This document shows positions 30,260-49,481 of a stretch of 64,000 bases of DNA, one piece after another (the first letter of the stretch is position 1; each line of letters opens with the position of its first letter). This DNA comes from the human T2T-CHM13v2.0 reference genome, Homo sapiens. The notes below the pieces were generated by a model, which was not told the DNA's origin, searched no databases, and saw only the letters and a list, made by a program, of their open reading frames with translations. A program made the translations under genes and the position numbers. Where the stretch lies: the NCBI RefSeq assembly GCF_009914755.1, contig NC_060927.1; one strand, written 5' to 3'.

Positions 30260-31110
30260 ATAGGCATTTATATCCAACTGCCTACGCAACACCTCCTTAG
30301 ATGTGGCATTGACACCTCACACTCCACATCCAAAATGGAATATGTCATCCCTAGCATGCTCCTTCAGCTTTGCCTGGCTTAGTAAATGGTACCACCAGTT
30401 GCCTGAACCAGAAACCAGGAGTTATTCTTTGTCCCTCCCTCTGCTCTCCACCGTCTTTTTCCCACATCTGATTGCCAAATCCTGTTGATTTTATTTTCTG
30501 TTATAAATAACATCTAGATAGCCATCTGTCCCTGTTTCTCCACTGCTTCCAGACTCCCATTATCTCTCAACCTGGACTGGGCTAGGTTCACACTTGGCCT
30601 CTCTCAGTCCATTCTTCACATGGCAGTAAGAGTGATCTTCCTAACATAAACCCAGTTTGATCCTATCCCAATTTTGATTTCTGATTGCTCTTAGATTTTT
30701 CTTGAGTTAAAACTCTCTTACCTAGCCTCTAGGTCTTCTTCTGACTCCTGCTATTCCACTTATTATGTTATACTCTGCCTCCAGCCTCACTGAATTAATT
30801 TGAGCACCCTATATAGCTTTTACGTGGGAGGCTTTGCACATGTTCATTCTCCTGCCAGGACCCCCACTCTTCTTGATCCCCAGCTTTTTCTGACTCATCA
30901 CATCTCTTGAGATCTGAACTTAAGCATCCATCCTGCCTCTCTAACCCCCAGTTCTCTTCTAACACTCTGGTATCCGTTCGTGATAAAACTTAATCTCATT
31001 TTATTATAATTACTTGTTCATCAGTCTTTCCTGCTAGACTCTGAGCTCCATGAAGGCAGATGTCTGTCATTTTTATATCCTCATTACTTAAAAGCAGTGC
31101 CTGACAAAAA
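30260..31110. mobile_element. Degenerate L2-like fragment
   Basis: L2 3'-end-like motifs (CTAGACTCTGAGCTCCATGAAGGCAG...GCAGTGCCTGACA). Confidence 0.55.
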
Positions 31111-31944
31111 CTTTGAACAATTTATCAAAGAGACTTATAGATGGCAAATAAACATGTGAAAGGGGCCTGACATCGTGGCTTATGCCTGTAATCCCAACAC
31201 TTTGGGAGGCCAAGGTGGGTGGATCACTTGAGCTCAGGAGTTCGAGACCAGCCTGGGAAGCATGGCAAAACCCTGTCTCCATAAAAAATACAAAAATTAT
31301 CTGGGCATGGTGGCATGCATCTGTAGTCCCAGCTACTCAGGAGGCTGAGGTGACAGGATGGCTTGAGCCTGTGAGGCAGAGGTTGCAGTGAGCCAAGATT
31401 GCAACACTGCACTCCAACCTGGGCAACAGAACCAGACCCCATCTCAAAAAAAAAAAAATCTGGGCCCCATGGCCCAGTGAAGTTAACACAGAAAATAAAC
31501 CATCTCTAAAAATTATAAAAACAATTAAAATAAATACATGAAAGGATGTTTATTACTTCTTAAGGAAATGCAAATTAAAAGCACAATGAGATAGCACAAC
31601 ACACTCACTAGCATAGCTACATCAAAAAGACTTAGCATGCCAAGTGTTGGTGAGAAGGTGGAACAGCTGGAGCTCTCACATGCTTCTAGGGGGACTTTAC
31701 AATGGTACATCCATATTGGGAAATAGTTTGGTAGTTTCTTAAAAAGCTAGACATGCACCTACCATGTGACTCAGCCATTCCATCCTTAGGTATTTAATCA
31801 AGGGAAATGAAAGCATACGTCCACCGACCAGGCGCAGTGGCTCACGCCTGTAATCCCAGCACTTTGGGAGGCCGAGGCGGGCAGATCATGAGGTCAGGAG
31901 ATCGAGACCGTCCTGGCTAACACGGTGAAACTCCGTCTGTACTA

Positions 31945-32181
<237 letters not shown>

Positions 32182-32199
32182 TTACATAGTATATTCTAA

Positions 32200-32340
<141 letters not shown>

Positions 32341-33563
32341 TAGCTGAGATTACATGCGCCTGCCACTGCACCTGGCTAATTTTTGTATTTTTAGTAGAGA
32401 CGGGGTTTCACCATCTTGGCCAGGCTGGTCTTGAACTCCTGACCCCGTGATCTACCCACCTCAGCCTCCCAAAGTGCTGGGATTACAGGTGTGAGCCACT
32501 ACACCTGGCTTTTTTTTTTTTCTTCCCTGAGACAGGGTCTTGCTCTGTTGCCCAGGCTGGAGTGTAGTAACACAATCACAGCTCACTGCAACCTCTGACT
32601 CCCAGGCTATAAATCCTCCCACCTCAGCCTCCCAAGCAGTTGGGACTGCAGGCATGTACCACCATGCCCAGCTGATTTTTCCTTTTTTTTTTCTTTGGTA
32701 GAGACGGGGTTTCGCCATGTTGCCCCCAGGCTGGTCTTGAACCTCTGGGCTCAAGTGATCCACCCGCCTCAGCCTCCCAAAGTGCTGGCATTAGAGGCGT
32801 GAGCCACCATACCTGGCCCAAATTCAACATTTTAAGTACATGAAGTGTATTGTACATCAACTATATCTCATTGAAGCTATGGTAGACCAAAAACCTGACA
32901 CCTAATAGGCCCTCAGAATACATTTGTTGAAAGGAAGAATGACTATCACTGGTGATCAGGAAGATGCTTCTAGAGGAGAAGATCTAGGACGTCAGATTGT
33001 GCTGGGCCTCAAAGGTCAGGCAGAATAATTTAAATGTTGTCCAGGGAAGCCATTTTGGAGTTTTATGATCACAGCCATAATACAATGAAAGCAGTGGTTT
33101 AAGAAAACACTTCTGGCAGCAGAGTGCAGGACAGATTGAAAAGGGATGCAAAAAAGAACACTCAAAAGGTGTCACTATGATCTACACATGTATTGATAGG
33201 GGCCTGGCCAAAATGATGGTCTAGGCTTGGAAAGGAAGGGACAATATGAAAGGTAATCCAAAGATAGAAATGTCAAGACTTGACTCATTAATGTAGGAGA
33301 AGGGGTAAGTACCACTATGGGCTGGACATTGATTTAGCAGTTTGACAAAATTATTCCTGTATTTTTGAAGAAGACTACATATCTCTAAAATATAGGGAAT
33401 GAAGGAGAGCTTTTTGCCCTTCAAAGTAAACCTATGGCCCAGGCGTGGTGGCTCACCCCTGTGAAAAGAAAGAGGAAAGAAGAAAAGAAACCTATGAAGA
33501 CTTCAGGAAAGATTACTTTGGATGTACTTCAGTTTCTACTCTGATACTTAGAGCTGTGATTGA

Positions 33564-33968
<405 letters not shown>

Positions 33969-34001
33969 TAAATACTATCCAAGTAGTTTTCCAGAAACTA
34001 A

Positions 34002-34142
<141 letters not shown>

Positions 34143-35305
34143 TGAGTCATAACTACATAGCCAAGATTGTTGTCCCAAGAAACTCCTAGGAACAGGATTG
34201 GCAACTTTCTTTAAAATAACCTGGGTGTCTTTCAGTAGTTGTAAAGGAAATTATTTTCAGCTACTCTCCTCATATATGAGCTTTCTCATCTATGTATTCT
34301 GATAAATCCTGAAGTATTAGAAACCTTGAATAATCATGCTAAATCTTCATGAATGCATCAGCCCATAAACTCAGCCTTTTCAAGTAATAATGATGAAAAC
34401 ATTGACCATCTGTAATCAACTCTTGATTATCCAGGGACCTACTGTCTCCCAGCAGATTTGGGTAATTAGGCAGCAGCTAGTTATCACTGATAGCCTGTTT
34501 CTTTCCCCTTGTCTTGTAGGAAGACCTTATGTGGCTGAGGGGTAGGCAGTGGACAAGGGAGGTGACATGATCTCAGGGGCATGGCTTTCGGCCCCCTCCC
34601 CCTTCAGTCAGAGTGACTTGGTCTTTCTCTCACTTCCCTTGGTAACCTAGACCATCACTGGGTCAGCAGTCAGTGCTTATCATCCCTGTCTATAGGTCAG
34701 GACCTTATATCTTCTTTTTTTTTTCTTTGAGAGAGAGTCTCACTTTGTCACCCAGGCTGGAGTGATCCCAGCTCACTGCACCCTCCACCTCCTGGGCTCA
34801 AGTGATTGTACTGCCTCAGCCTCCCAAGACGCTGGGATTACAGGCGCATGCTGACACACCCTACTAATTTTTATATTTTTGTAGAGATGTTTTCGACATG
34901 TGGCCAGGCTGGTCTCTAATTCCTGAGCTCAGGTGATCTGCCTGTCTCAGCCTAGCAAAGTGCTAGGATTACAGGCATAAGTCACCATGCCCGGCCTGTG
35001 AACCCAGATTTTACAAATTATTTTCAGTGTATTGCCTAAGGCTTTAAAGAGCAGATAATTTATCTAGGGTTGTACATATTAGCGTGGTGCTTGGGTTTCT
35101 CAGCATACATGACCCCTTCAAGGCCAACATTCCATCAGTGGGGCTGTCTTCTGCCCTGGCTTTTTCCATACAAAGGTATGGTTTTCTACCAAGATGCTTG
35201 AAGAGGGTTGCTACTAAAGCACCTGAAAATAAGGAGGATTCTGATTAGGCCGTCAAACACTGAAAGGGACTTGGGCACGTCATGTGGATTTAAATATATC
35301 TGTGA

Positions 35306-35518
<213 letters not shown>

Positions 35519-36621
35519 TAATGAATAGGACTAATATCTCACACTTACAAACTTTGGGCTTCCCAGGACATTTTTACATGTAAATCCCCACATAACCTTG
35601 GATAGGCCCTCTTGCTATACCAAGAAGGTCATTTTCCCAGAACAACCTGACTGATTTCTGCTAAAATTGCTTAGTCTGAGTTTGGTTAGACAAGCTGAGT
35701 AGATAGTTTTCTCTTTGGCTTAAGTTTAATCATGTTCTTCCTTTTCAAAAAAAAAAAATTTATCTGAGACATTTGACAAAACGAGACATAAATCATGAGG
35801 TTAATAAAGTAGGAAATAAAGGAGAAATCAGGGTCAAGTATAAAAGAAATACTGGCCTCTTCCCTGGCCTTTTTCTTTTTTTTTGAGACAGAGTCTCGTT
35901 CTGTCACCCAGGCTGGAGTGCAGTGGTGCGATGTTGGCTCACTGCAATCCTCTACCTCCCAGGTTCAAACGATTCTCCTGCCTCAGCCTTTCAAGTAGCT
36001 GGGATTACAGGTGCGCACCACCGTGCCCAGCCAATTTTTGTATTTTTAGTGGAGACGGGGTTTCACCATGTTGGTCAGGCTGGTCTCGAACTCCTGACCT
36101 CGTGATCCACCTGCCTCAGCCTCCCAAAGTGCTGGGATTACAGACGTGAGCCACTGTGCCCAGCCCTGGCCTCTTTCTTAAACTGTCTTTTATTGTAGCT
36201 CTTAGAATGCAGCTCATCCTAGTTGGCAGCACATCAGAAAGCAAGATAAAAATGCAAAACAAACCTTTATTTATCCCTATTGATTAAAAGGGGAAGGTTT
36301 GGTCTCAATCTTGGAGGTGACCACTGCTATTGGCCAGCCCAGGAGGAACAAGATTGGCCTTCCCACTGCCCAGCAGCATTCCTTTTCTCTGTGTGTCTGT
36401 ATTTATGTTCATGTTTGCATGTTTGTGTGTTTCAAGATGGGGTTGGGGTGGGACGTGTTGAGCCTTAGGCAAATGAGTTTATGTCTGGCAAAAGGGCCAG
36501 TGGATCAGGAACGTGACAGCTTTTTGTAAGTTGCCTGTTAGACCGGGAACGTCTTAGTAAATCTAAACTAATAATCCTTTTGATCAATAATCATCCTCAA
36601 AAACCTGAAAAGCAAGAATGA

Positions 36622-36762
<141 letters not shown>

Positions 36763-37014
36763 TGAGATGTTTGGTTTCTTCCAATGAGCCAAATAGCTTT
36801 TTTCTATTTTGCTACTGTTGTTTGTCAGAGACTGGACAAATGACCTTTTTAGTGGGAATTTGAAAACAATGAAGTAGGTTAAAAATGAACACAATTTGGA
36901 ACATGTGGATCTTAAGATCCTCTGGTTCTGTTTTATACTGTTAGCTAACTGCTTATTGTTAATTCAGATCATAGAGGAATTAGAGGAATCTGTAGTTGTA
37001 TTCTACTTTGTTAA

Positions 37015-37170
<156 letters not shown>

Positions 37171-37293
37171 TAAGGGAGTTCTTTCCTCCAGTTTTTCCCT
37201 TAAGATAGAATCATCATCAGGCTGGGCACGGTGGCACACACCTGTAATCCCAGCACTTTGGGAGGCTGAGGCAGGAGGATCACCTTGAGGTCA

Positions 37294-37576
<283 letters not shown>

Positions 37577-37619
37577 CTAATTCTGATACAGACAGTAGAT
37601 ATAATCATTCATTCAATAA

Positions 37620-37923
<304 letters not shown>

Positions 37924-38510
37924 TGATCTGCCTGCCTCGGCCTCTCAAAGTGCTGGGATTACAGGCATGAGCCATTGTGCCCAGCTGAGATATTTTAGCC
38001 ATCTTGAGAACAGGGTGCTCACATGTATGTCTCACTTAATGGGTGTGTGTCTCAGAATATCAATAGTTATCTTAACATTTGTAGTCTTTTCAGTTTATAA
38101 AGCACTTTCACTTTATCTCATTTGATCCTTTTGATAATTCTGTGAGGTTGGTATCATTGCCCCTATTTTACTGCTGAGGAAAATGAGAGCTAGAGAACTT
38201 CTCAAGCTTACACGTGCAATAAAATAAACATAGAACCAGGACTCAAACTCAGATCTTCTCACTGTTACTTCATTGCTTTTTCCATACTACCATAACACCT
38301 CCTTTCATAAAGTTAATTCCATTGTTTGACAGGCAATCTTCTTGGGCTTATTACTGAGTCCTTTCCGCTCCCCCATCCTCTTACTAAGGACCCTAGTGAA
38401 AGGACATTTAGAGAGGTAGGGAAGGAAGCTACTTTTGGTTCCTGGTTCTTCCCAGGTAGTTCTAAGCAGTGCATCATGGTGTGGGCACGCATGCTTTTCC
38501 CGTCTTCTAG

Positions 38511-38604
38511 GCATACTTTTGTTGTTTTCTTCCGTGTGATGATGGCTGAACTAGAGAAGACGGTGAAAAAAATTGAGCCTGGCACAGCAGCAGACTCGCA
38601 GCAG
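38511..38604 (+). CDS. FANCD2: FANCD2 exon 37
   Basis: ttctag|GCA...CAG|gtgagt; 94 nt; [31 protein letters not shown]. Confidence 0.95.
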
Positions 38605-38659
38605 GTGAGTAAGATAATAGTCACTTCAAGAAGTGGACTTTGGATTACTTGGAAGTTGC

Positions 38660-38690
<31 letters not shown>

Positions 38691-38875
38691 CTGAGACAGA
38701 GTCTTGCTTGTTCTGTTGCCCAGACTGGAGTGCAGTGGCATGATCTCGGCTCACTGCAACCTCACCTCCTGGGTTCAAGCAATTCTCCTGCCTCAGACTC
38801 CTGAATAGCTGGGATTACAGGCATGCGCCACCACACCCGGCTAATTTTTATATTTTTTAGTAGAGACAGGGTTTC

Positions 38876-40132
<1,257 letters not shown>

Positions 40133-40348
40133 CAGTATATGTTGCAAAGGCTTTTACTTACTTGGGAATTGCTGAAGAGGAAACTTTTTAGAAAGTCTGT
40201 CCCTATGAGGTGTTCTAATGTTACCACAACATGTGCAGGCCTCAGAACCATCTTGTGGATGCACTGGTTGCTACATCTAAGGATAATTGGCTTAAATATC
40301 TGTATAGCTATGTAATTCAAGAACTATATCTTAGTGGGAATACAGTAA

Positions 40349-40489
<141 letters not shown>

Positions 40490-40971
40490 TGACACATCTC
40501 ACCAAATAACTGCAGAAACCAAGTGTCCTGGCTTCCAAAATGGACTTTCCTTGCTCCTCTTCCCACTCTTCCTTGGGGCCTGCTCTCCCTGAGTCGTCTT
40601 CTTCCTTTGTCCCCCTACCCATCCTGGATAACCCCTTTTCTCACTAGGCATTTTTTTTTTTGTCTTTTCCTTCCTTCCTCCTACTTATGCCACAATACTA
40701 TTTAATGACTCCTTCCATCTGTAATTCCCTCACTTTTTCACCTTGCCTTGGATCCTCTATGATCTGAGCGCACATTCCCTCTTCTAACCCTGAATGCCCT
40801 CGTTCTCCTTTAAACACACTGTGCTCTCACCCACTCCATCGTGGTTTTGCTCAGCTTGTTCCCCCAGCCTAGAATGTCCTTGTCTCTCCACCTCTTTCAT
40901 GTCTTTTTTTTTTTTTTTTTTTTTTTTTTGAGGCAGGGTCTCACTCTGTTGTCCAGGCTGGAATGCAGTAG

Positions 40972-41325
<354 letters not shown>

Positions 41326-41503
41326 TGAACTTCAGTTGTGATAATTACTTTATTCTGCTTTGTAATATTAATTTAAATGTTGACATTCCTCCATTTTAGA
41401 ATTCTCTGCAGCACCCAAAGCTGTGCTTTGCGCAGCGGGAAAGAGGCTGGAGTGCTCAAAGGAGCAGATCTCAGCCTTGGTTTCTTGTCTTTCACCTCTC
41501 CAG

Positions 41504-41542
41504 GTATTTGATAGTCATCCTGTTCTGCATGTATGTTTGAAG
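41504..41542 (+). CDS. FANCD2: FANCD2 exon 39 (39-nt mini-exon)
   Basis: ctccag|GTA...AAG|gtgaga; VFDSHPVLHVCLK. Confidence 0.93.
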
Positions 41543-42486
41543 GTGAGAGATTTACTGGGCCCTGTTTCATATTTATTCTTCCTGTGGATCACTCTAGAGA
41601 GGACCTCAGCTGAGATAAATTGCTCAATTTCTTGCCCACAAGCCAGAGTTTCCAGAATCTATGCCAGTTTAGGGAAGGCAATGGATGCATTTTCCCACCC
41701 TAGTTGGATGATTGGAGAAGCCAGTTTTCCTATGAATTTGAAAACTTTTGGTAAGAATCTTAGTACTAGGAGGAATGGCTTCAGGGCAGTTGAGTTTAGG
41801 AGCAGTAGTTACCTTCCGTGCCATTCCTTACCAGGCAAAAGGGAGGAAGGAGGAGTAGATGATTTTTCTTTAAAGTCTATGGGTGGCCTTACAAATGTGG
41901 GATCTGATATCCTGATAATTGCCAAACTTCTCTTTTGTGGGAATAGCCTGTATTAGCCCTAGATTTGATGGGAAGTCCAGTCAGAATGTTATGGGGAGAA
42001 TGCTACTTCGCCACTCCTCAAGTTTCCTTCCAAGTGGATGGTGCCCCATTCTTGTCATCTCCTGGTCACTCTCCCTTTTTACTCCACCCTTGCGCAATGT
42101 GGGAGATGGGCAAGTTGGAGAGAGGAGTCATTTATCTGATTGGGAAATTTAGAAATTGGTCATATGCTTTCTCAGCTTTACCCAGTTTTTCCCTCTTGGG
42201 AGTAAGTTATCCTCAGATAGAGCTCCCCTCTACTCTATGCTCTCACTCCTAAGCTGAGCAAGTTCCCTGTCCATCGACTGTATCTGTGGTAGGTAAGTCT
42301 GCCTAATTCTGGGGCTTAGTTAACAGGCCTATTTGATTTTTGTATTAAGTTACATTCTCCAAATAAACCTTTTGGACCCTTCCCAATTTGTTTTTTATAT
42401 ATATAAATAAGAAAATAAAACCCTTGGGCTGGATGAGACTATTCTGCCTCAGGGGCCTTTCAGTGAGATACCTCAGCTAGAGGTAA

Positions 42487-42747
<261 letters not shown>

Positions 42748-43418
42748 TGAACTCCTCAGGCCCACTCTGGATCAAACCCACCTTTCTATTTCTTCTCCAG
42801 ATCTGACAGTGGTCTTCCTTTTAGCTTGATTTTATTGTGCTACTGCACTCTCAGGTCCTCATGTATCAGTGTGTCATTTGCTTATTCCTTTATGCTTCTG
42901 TAGGTATACTCTCAGAAATGATTTTAAAAAAAAAAAAGCTCATTTGTGTCATAAAACCCTTTGCTGTGGTAATGAACAGTCTTGACAGTTTTTTAGCCAA
43001 TGGCATCCAGGGCTAGAGTGATGAATTAAGGATAGAATCACATTATTTCCTATACATATTTAGCAAGTTGAACAAAATACTCACCATATTTGGTTGGTCC
43101 CTCACAGCCCTGAAAGAGAAAGGGAAGGTGGTATTTTATCCTAATGTTGCAGATGGGAAAACTGAGACATGGTAACCTATGTAAAACTAAAATGCAGGTC
43201 TTATAACTCTCAGATTGATACAAGGGACAGAAATGGGAGAGTTGAGAATAAGAGGTAGCTGCTATTCCTCCTATTTGAGAGGCAAATTAAGATGATTATC
43301 AGCATAGGCTGGAAACTGCAGAGTTTATCCTCTTTGGAGCTTTTGATTGCAAGGGTATCTTGAATCTAAAATGAAATCAGGACATTTCATAGAGCATTTA
43401 TAAACTTATTGGTTATAG

Positions 43419-43493
43419 GAAGATGTTCTGAGCTTACTGGAAACCTTCCAGTTGGACACAAGGCTGCTTCATCACCTGTGTGGGCATTCCAAG
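43419..43493 (+). CDS. FANCD2: FANCD2 exon 41
   Basis: ttatag|GAA...AAG|gtaaga; 75 nt; [25 protein letters not shown]. Confidence 0.95.
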
Positions 43494-44508
43494 GTAAGAA
43501 GGGGAGCAGGTTCTATCAGCAGCCTGCCTGTTGGCTTAATCTGCAGTTGCTATTGGGGGATCCATGGGCTACCATCCTTCTTCCTTTATATCTGGGACTG
43601 TGTCTGTCCAAAGGCAGTTTATTCAGAGCAAATCCTTAGTTGCTCCTTGAGATTGGGCAGTCCTCTAGAGGGGAATCTCCGCATCTGAAATTTGATTCAA
43701 ACTCCAAAGCTCTTTTTCCTCTAGAAACTTCTTGGGTGACAGAAATAGAATGCTGGTATATGTTTACTTCTGCAAAGTCCTCTAGGTAACAGGACTGTGA
43801 TGTAAGTGATGATCCTGCAGGAGACAGGAGGTGGCTCTAAAGCAGCCATCTGTAGAGGCTTTCATCTGTGCCACTTACTTTCAAGGAACTCATCTATGTC
43901 TTATGAGAACATCTTAGCATTAAAGGATTTTTCCACTTGAAGCCTTCTTATAGTTAATGAGGTATTGTCACGTTTTGTCTGAATGAACACAGAACCCTAG
44001 AGTTCTGCAGTCACTGGCAAACCAAATGATTCTTGAGTCCAGTTTCTGTTACTTACTTCCTCCTCTGGTTCTAAATTTATAAGGTCCTGAACAGTGATTT
44101 TTTTTTTTTTTTTTTTTTGAGACGGAGTCTCGCTTTGTAGCCCAGGCCGGAGTGCAGTGGCACAATCTCTGCTCACTGCAAGTTCCGCCTCCCGGCTGGA
44201 CAGTGAATGTTTAAGGAATTCTCTTAGCTAAACAGGGCTACTCTATTGTTTAATATCAGTAAAATATATATTCAAGAATATTTTAGGTAAATTCATTGAA
44301 GATCGGCCAGTAAGAGGTTATGAAGAGGAACTAGAGGTGTTGGTGGTATGTCTTCTAGGCTTTGAATTCTTTAGCTGCCATTCTCTTTGGATTACTCTGC
44401 CAAACTATTCCTGTTTGATGGAACATACCGTTGGCCCATACTGGCAGGGCTTGTGTTCTTATTCAACATTCAAAGGTTTCTATAAGAAATGTGAAGGCAT
44501 GATGATAA

Positions 44509-44709
<201 letters not shown>

Positions 44710-45104
44710 TAGTGATAATCCCCTACTCTTATTCTTTGTGACAGCATCAGATGGCATGTAAGGAAGGTCACCTAAGCCCTCGTCTCTCAGTAAGGCTACT
44801 TTTCTCTTAAGTCTGTGACTGTTTAACTCTTAAAGTTATGGTACATTACTCATGGGCCCTGGTCACAGGCTGCACCCCTCATCTTAGGCAGCAAGGCACC
44901 AAAACATGCCATTGATATAAACAATGCCTCAGACATAAAGGAGTCAGACCAGTACAAACCTCTCTCCACAGCTAGAGGAGCTCCTTTAAGCCCCACTGAG
45001 GGTAGATTCATAATAACATTTTTGTATAGGGACAAACATTTCTTTTGTTATTTTTTTTCCCCTAAGCCAATCTGTCTTATTCCAGAAATTACAAATTAAT
45101 CTCT

Positions 45105-46174
45105 TATTGGGGGACCTGCCCCGATAATCACGTAGGTTCTTTTCTATTTTCCTAAGTGTCAGCTGGCTTGAGAAATAAAGGGACAGAGTACAAAAGAGAG
45201 AAATTTTAAAGCTGGGCGTCCGGGGGAGACATCACACGTTGATAGGATCCGTGATGCCCCACAAGCCACAAAAAACAGCAAGTTTTTATTAGGGATTTTC
45301 AAAAGGGGAGGGAGTGTGCGAATAGGTGTGGGTGACAGACATCAAGTACTTAACAGGGTAATAGAATATCACAAGGCAAGTGGAGGCAGGGTGAGATCAC
45401 ATGACCGCAGGACCGAGGCGAAATTGAAATTGCTAATGAAGTTTTGGGCACCACTGTCATTGATAACATCTTATCAGGAGACAGGGTTTTGAGATCAACA
45501 GGTCTGACCAAAATTTATTAGGCGGGAATTTCCTCTTCCTAATAAGCCTGGGAGCGCTATAGGAGACTGGAGTTTATTTCACCTCTGCAGTCTCGACCAT
45601 AAGAGACAGGTACACCCGGGGGGGCCCAGTTCAGAGACCTACCCCTAGGTGTGCATTCTCTTTCTCAGGGACGTTCCATGCTGAGAAAAAGAATTCAGTG
45701 ATATTTCTCCCATTTGCTTTTGAAGGAAGAGAAACATGGTTCTGTTCCGCCCGGCTCACCGGCGGTCAGAGTTTAAGGTTATCTCTCCTATACCCTGAAC
45801 AATTGCTGTTACCCTGTTGTTTTTTCAGGGTGCCCACATTTCATATTGCTCAAACACACATGCTGTACAATTTGTGTAGTTAACGCAATTATTACAGGGT
45901 CCTGAGACTATATACCTCCTTCTCGGCTGACAGGATTAAGACATTAAAGTAAAGACAGGCATAGGAAATCACAAGGGTATTGACTGGGGAAGTGGTAAGT
46001 GTCCATGAAATCTTTACAATTTATGTTTAGAGATTACAGTAAAGACAGGCATAAGAAATTACAAAAGTATTAATTTGGGGAACTAATAAATGTCCATAAA
46101 ATCTTCACAATCCACGTTCTTCTGTCAAGGCTTCAGCCGGTCCCTCCGTTTGGGGTCCCTGACTTCCCGCAACA
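45105..46174 (-). mobile_element. MER11 (HERV-K11/HML-8) solo LTR
   Basis: Minus strand starts TGTTGCGGGAAGTCAGGGACCCC; 1070 bp; 6-bp TSD ATCTCT 45099-45104 / 46175-46180. Confidence 0.92.
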
Positions 46175-46938
46175 ATCTCTAATTTTAACTAATGAGCATT
46201 TATAAGGTTTTTTTTAGTTGTCTGATTAGCTGAAATCTTGTGTTGTTTATAATACTACTTTGGAGTTACAACATTTTTCAGATAGGGTAGTATAAGCCCT
46301 TTTCTTTCATGCTTACAATATCTGAGTCTTGTAGTCAATTATATATGAAATATATAAAACAGCACCACAGAGAATTAGCTTCCTTTCTTCACATCAACCT
46401 TATGAGGCAGATACTATTGTTTCTGCATAAAAATTGAAGCTCAGAGAAGTTAAGTAATTTACCTAATGTCATTCAACAGTGAGTGGGTGGAGCCGGAGTT
46501 TGAGTCCAAACAGTCCCAAATCCAGAGCTGATGTTCTGAAACCACCTCACCATACTGTCCTTTAGCCTCCGCATGGCCATTCGTGCTTGGTGTGATAGTG
46601 CTTAGATACCTTAAGGTATTTGGGAAATTTTAGAACCATGTTCAGCATCGACTTAGAGTCACCAATACAGTCTAGCCTTTTAAAATGTAGTGTGATACTA
46701 GCATACTAAGATGAACCTTTCGTTACATTACTTATTGTATCAGGGCCACAGACATCTCAGAAACCTGGAGTTGAGTATCCCTCCTCTAGATGCTGAATCA
46801 CAAGTTGGTATCCATGTTTGCTGTGTTTTGAATGGCTAAAATATCTTCCTTTGTATTGCCTGTAAACTCAACCTTCTCCCCTATTACCCTAAATGTGATC
46901 ATTATAACCCACCATTTTCTTGGTCCATTCACATTTAG

Positions 46939-47169
<231 letters not shown>

Positions 47170-47759
47170 CAGCTTCTGTGCTTATATAATTTTTGGGACC
47201 CAGAAGAAACAACGACACAATCTTAGAATCACTCCTGAGTATCTCGAGTTGTGGCATTTGTTATAGAGTTGACAATTTTCTGCATTATAGCCTCTCATTT
47301 TCCATGAATTCATATCTGAAACCATTTTAGAAGGGAGAAGTCATCGAAGTATTTTCTGAGTGTTGAGAAGAATGAGTTAAACCATTTAAACACATTTGAA
47401 ACATACAAAAATAGAAATGTGAAAGCATTTGGTGAAAGCCAAAGCACAGAGTCAGAAGCTGCCACCTTAGAGAACTGAAATAAAAATAGAAGTTCTTACG
47501 CTTTTTTGTGGTACAGATGCTTTCGACAATTTAAAGAAAGCTAAATAAAAATGTAGACATGGCTGGCGCAGTGGCTCATGCTTGTAATCCTAGCACTTTT
47601 TGAGGCCAAGGTAGGAGGATTGCTTGAGTCCGGGAGCTCAAGGCAAAGCTGCACAACATAACAAGACCCTATCTCCACAAAAAAAATGAAAAATAAACCT
47701 GGGTGCGGTGGCTCACACTTGTAATCCCAGCACTTTGGGAGGCCGATGTGGGCAGATCA

Positions 47760-47999
<240 letters not shown>

Positions 48000-48948
48000 T
48001 TATAAAATTTTGTCACAATTCAGGTAGGTTATAGACACCAAAAAGCTCAGATTTAAGAACCCCTGCTGTGGGGCCTCTGTCTGTAATGCAATTTGAGTCT
48101 GATCCAGAAAGATCATTTAGTATGAAAAGTCTGGCCTGATGGGGTGGCTCACACCTGTAATCGTAGCACTTTGTGAGGCTGAGGTGGGAGGACCGCTTAA
48201 GCCCAGAATTTCAAGACCAACCCGAGACCCCATCTCTACAGAAAAAATTTTTTTGAGCTAGCCAGGCATGGTGACGCATGCCTGTGGTCCCTGCTACACA
48301 GGAGGCTGAGGTGGGAGGGTTGCTCAAGCCCAGGAGGTGGAGGCTGCAGTGAGCCATCATCACACTCCAGCCTGGATGACAGAGCGAGACCCTGTCTCAA
48401 AATAAAAAAGTTATTTTATTTACATGGTCCCCAGTTTTATTTGTATAATATACCCCTTCTACTTTTTTCTCAGAATTTGAGGCAGACAATATCCTATTAG
48501 TTTGGTACTTTCCCCTAAGCAGATCTCTCATACTAGTATCGTAAGCCAGACAGAACAGAATTTTGTACTGGATTCCTGTTGAGATACACCAGCACAGCAC
48601 TTCTTTTTTTGAGACGGAGTCTCCCTCTGTCGCCCAGGCTAGCATGCAGTGGTGCAGTCTCAGCTCACTGCAGTCTGTCTCCCGAGTTCAAGCAATTCTC
48701 CTGCCTCAGCCTTCCAAGTAGCTAGGATTACAGGTGCCTGCAACCATGCCCGGCTAGTTTTTGTATATTTAGTAGAGACAGGGTTTCACCATGTTGGCCG
48801 GGCTGGTCTCGAACTCCTAACCTCAGATGATCTACCCACCTCAGCCTTCCAAAGTGTTGGGATTACTTTGGCGTGAGCCACCGTGCACTGCCATACCACC
48901 ACTTGTAATAAATATTTCATTCTATATCGAATGCCCTCTTTGTTCCTA

Positions 48949-49371
<423 letters not shown>

Positions 49372-49406
49372 CTAAAATGCTTATTTATTTATTCTTTGCC
49401 CCTTAG

Positions 49407-49481
49407 GATGGTGAAGAAGACGAAGTAAGTGCTGGAGAAAAGGAGCAAGATAGTGATGAGAGTTATGATGACTCTGATTAG
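49407..49481 (+). CDS. FANCD2: FANCD2 exon 44 coding part (1451-aa isoform; EDGE motif spans the exon 43/44 junction)
   Basis: ccttag|GAT; DGEEDEVSAGEKEQDSDESYDDSD, TAG at 49479-49481. Confidence 0.95.
   Translation, partial: DGEEDEVSAGEKEQDSDESYDDSD

Noticed and set aside
41423-41956. 177-aa ORF
   Set aside because: Only the 13 codons of exon 39 are coding; the rest is intronic with no recognisable homology.
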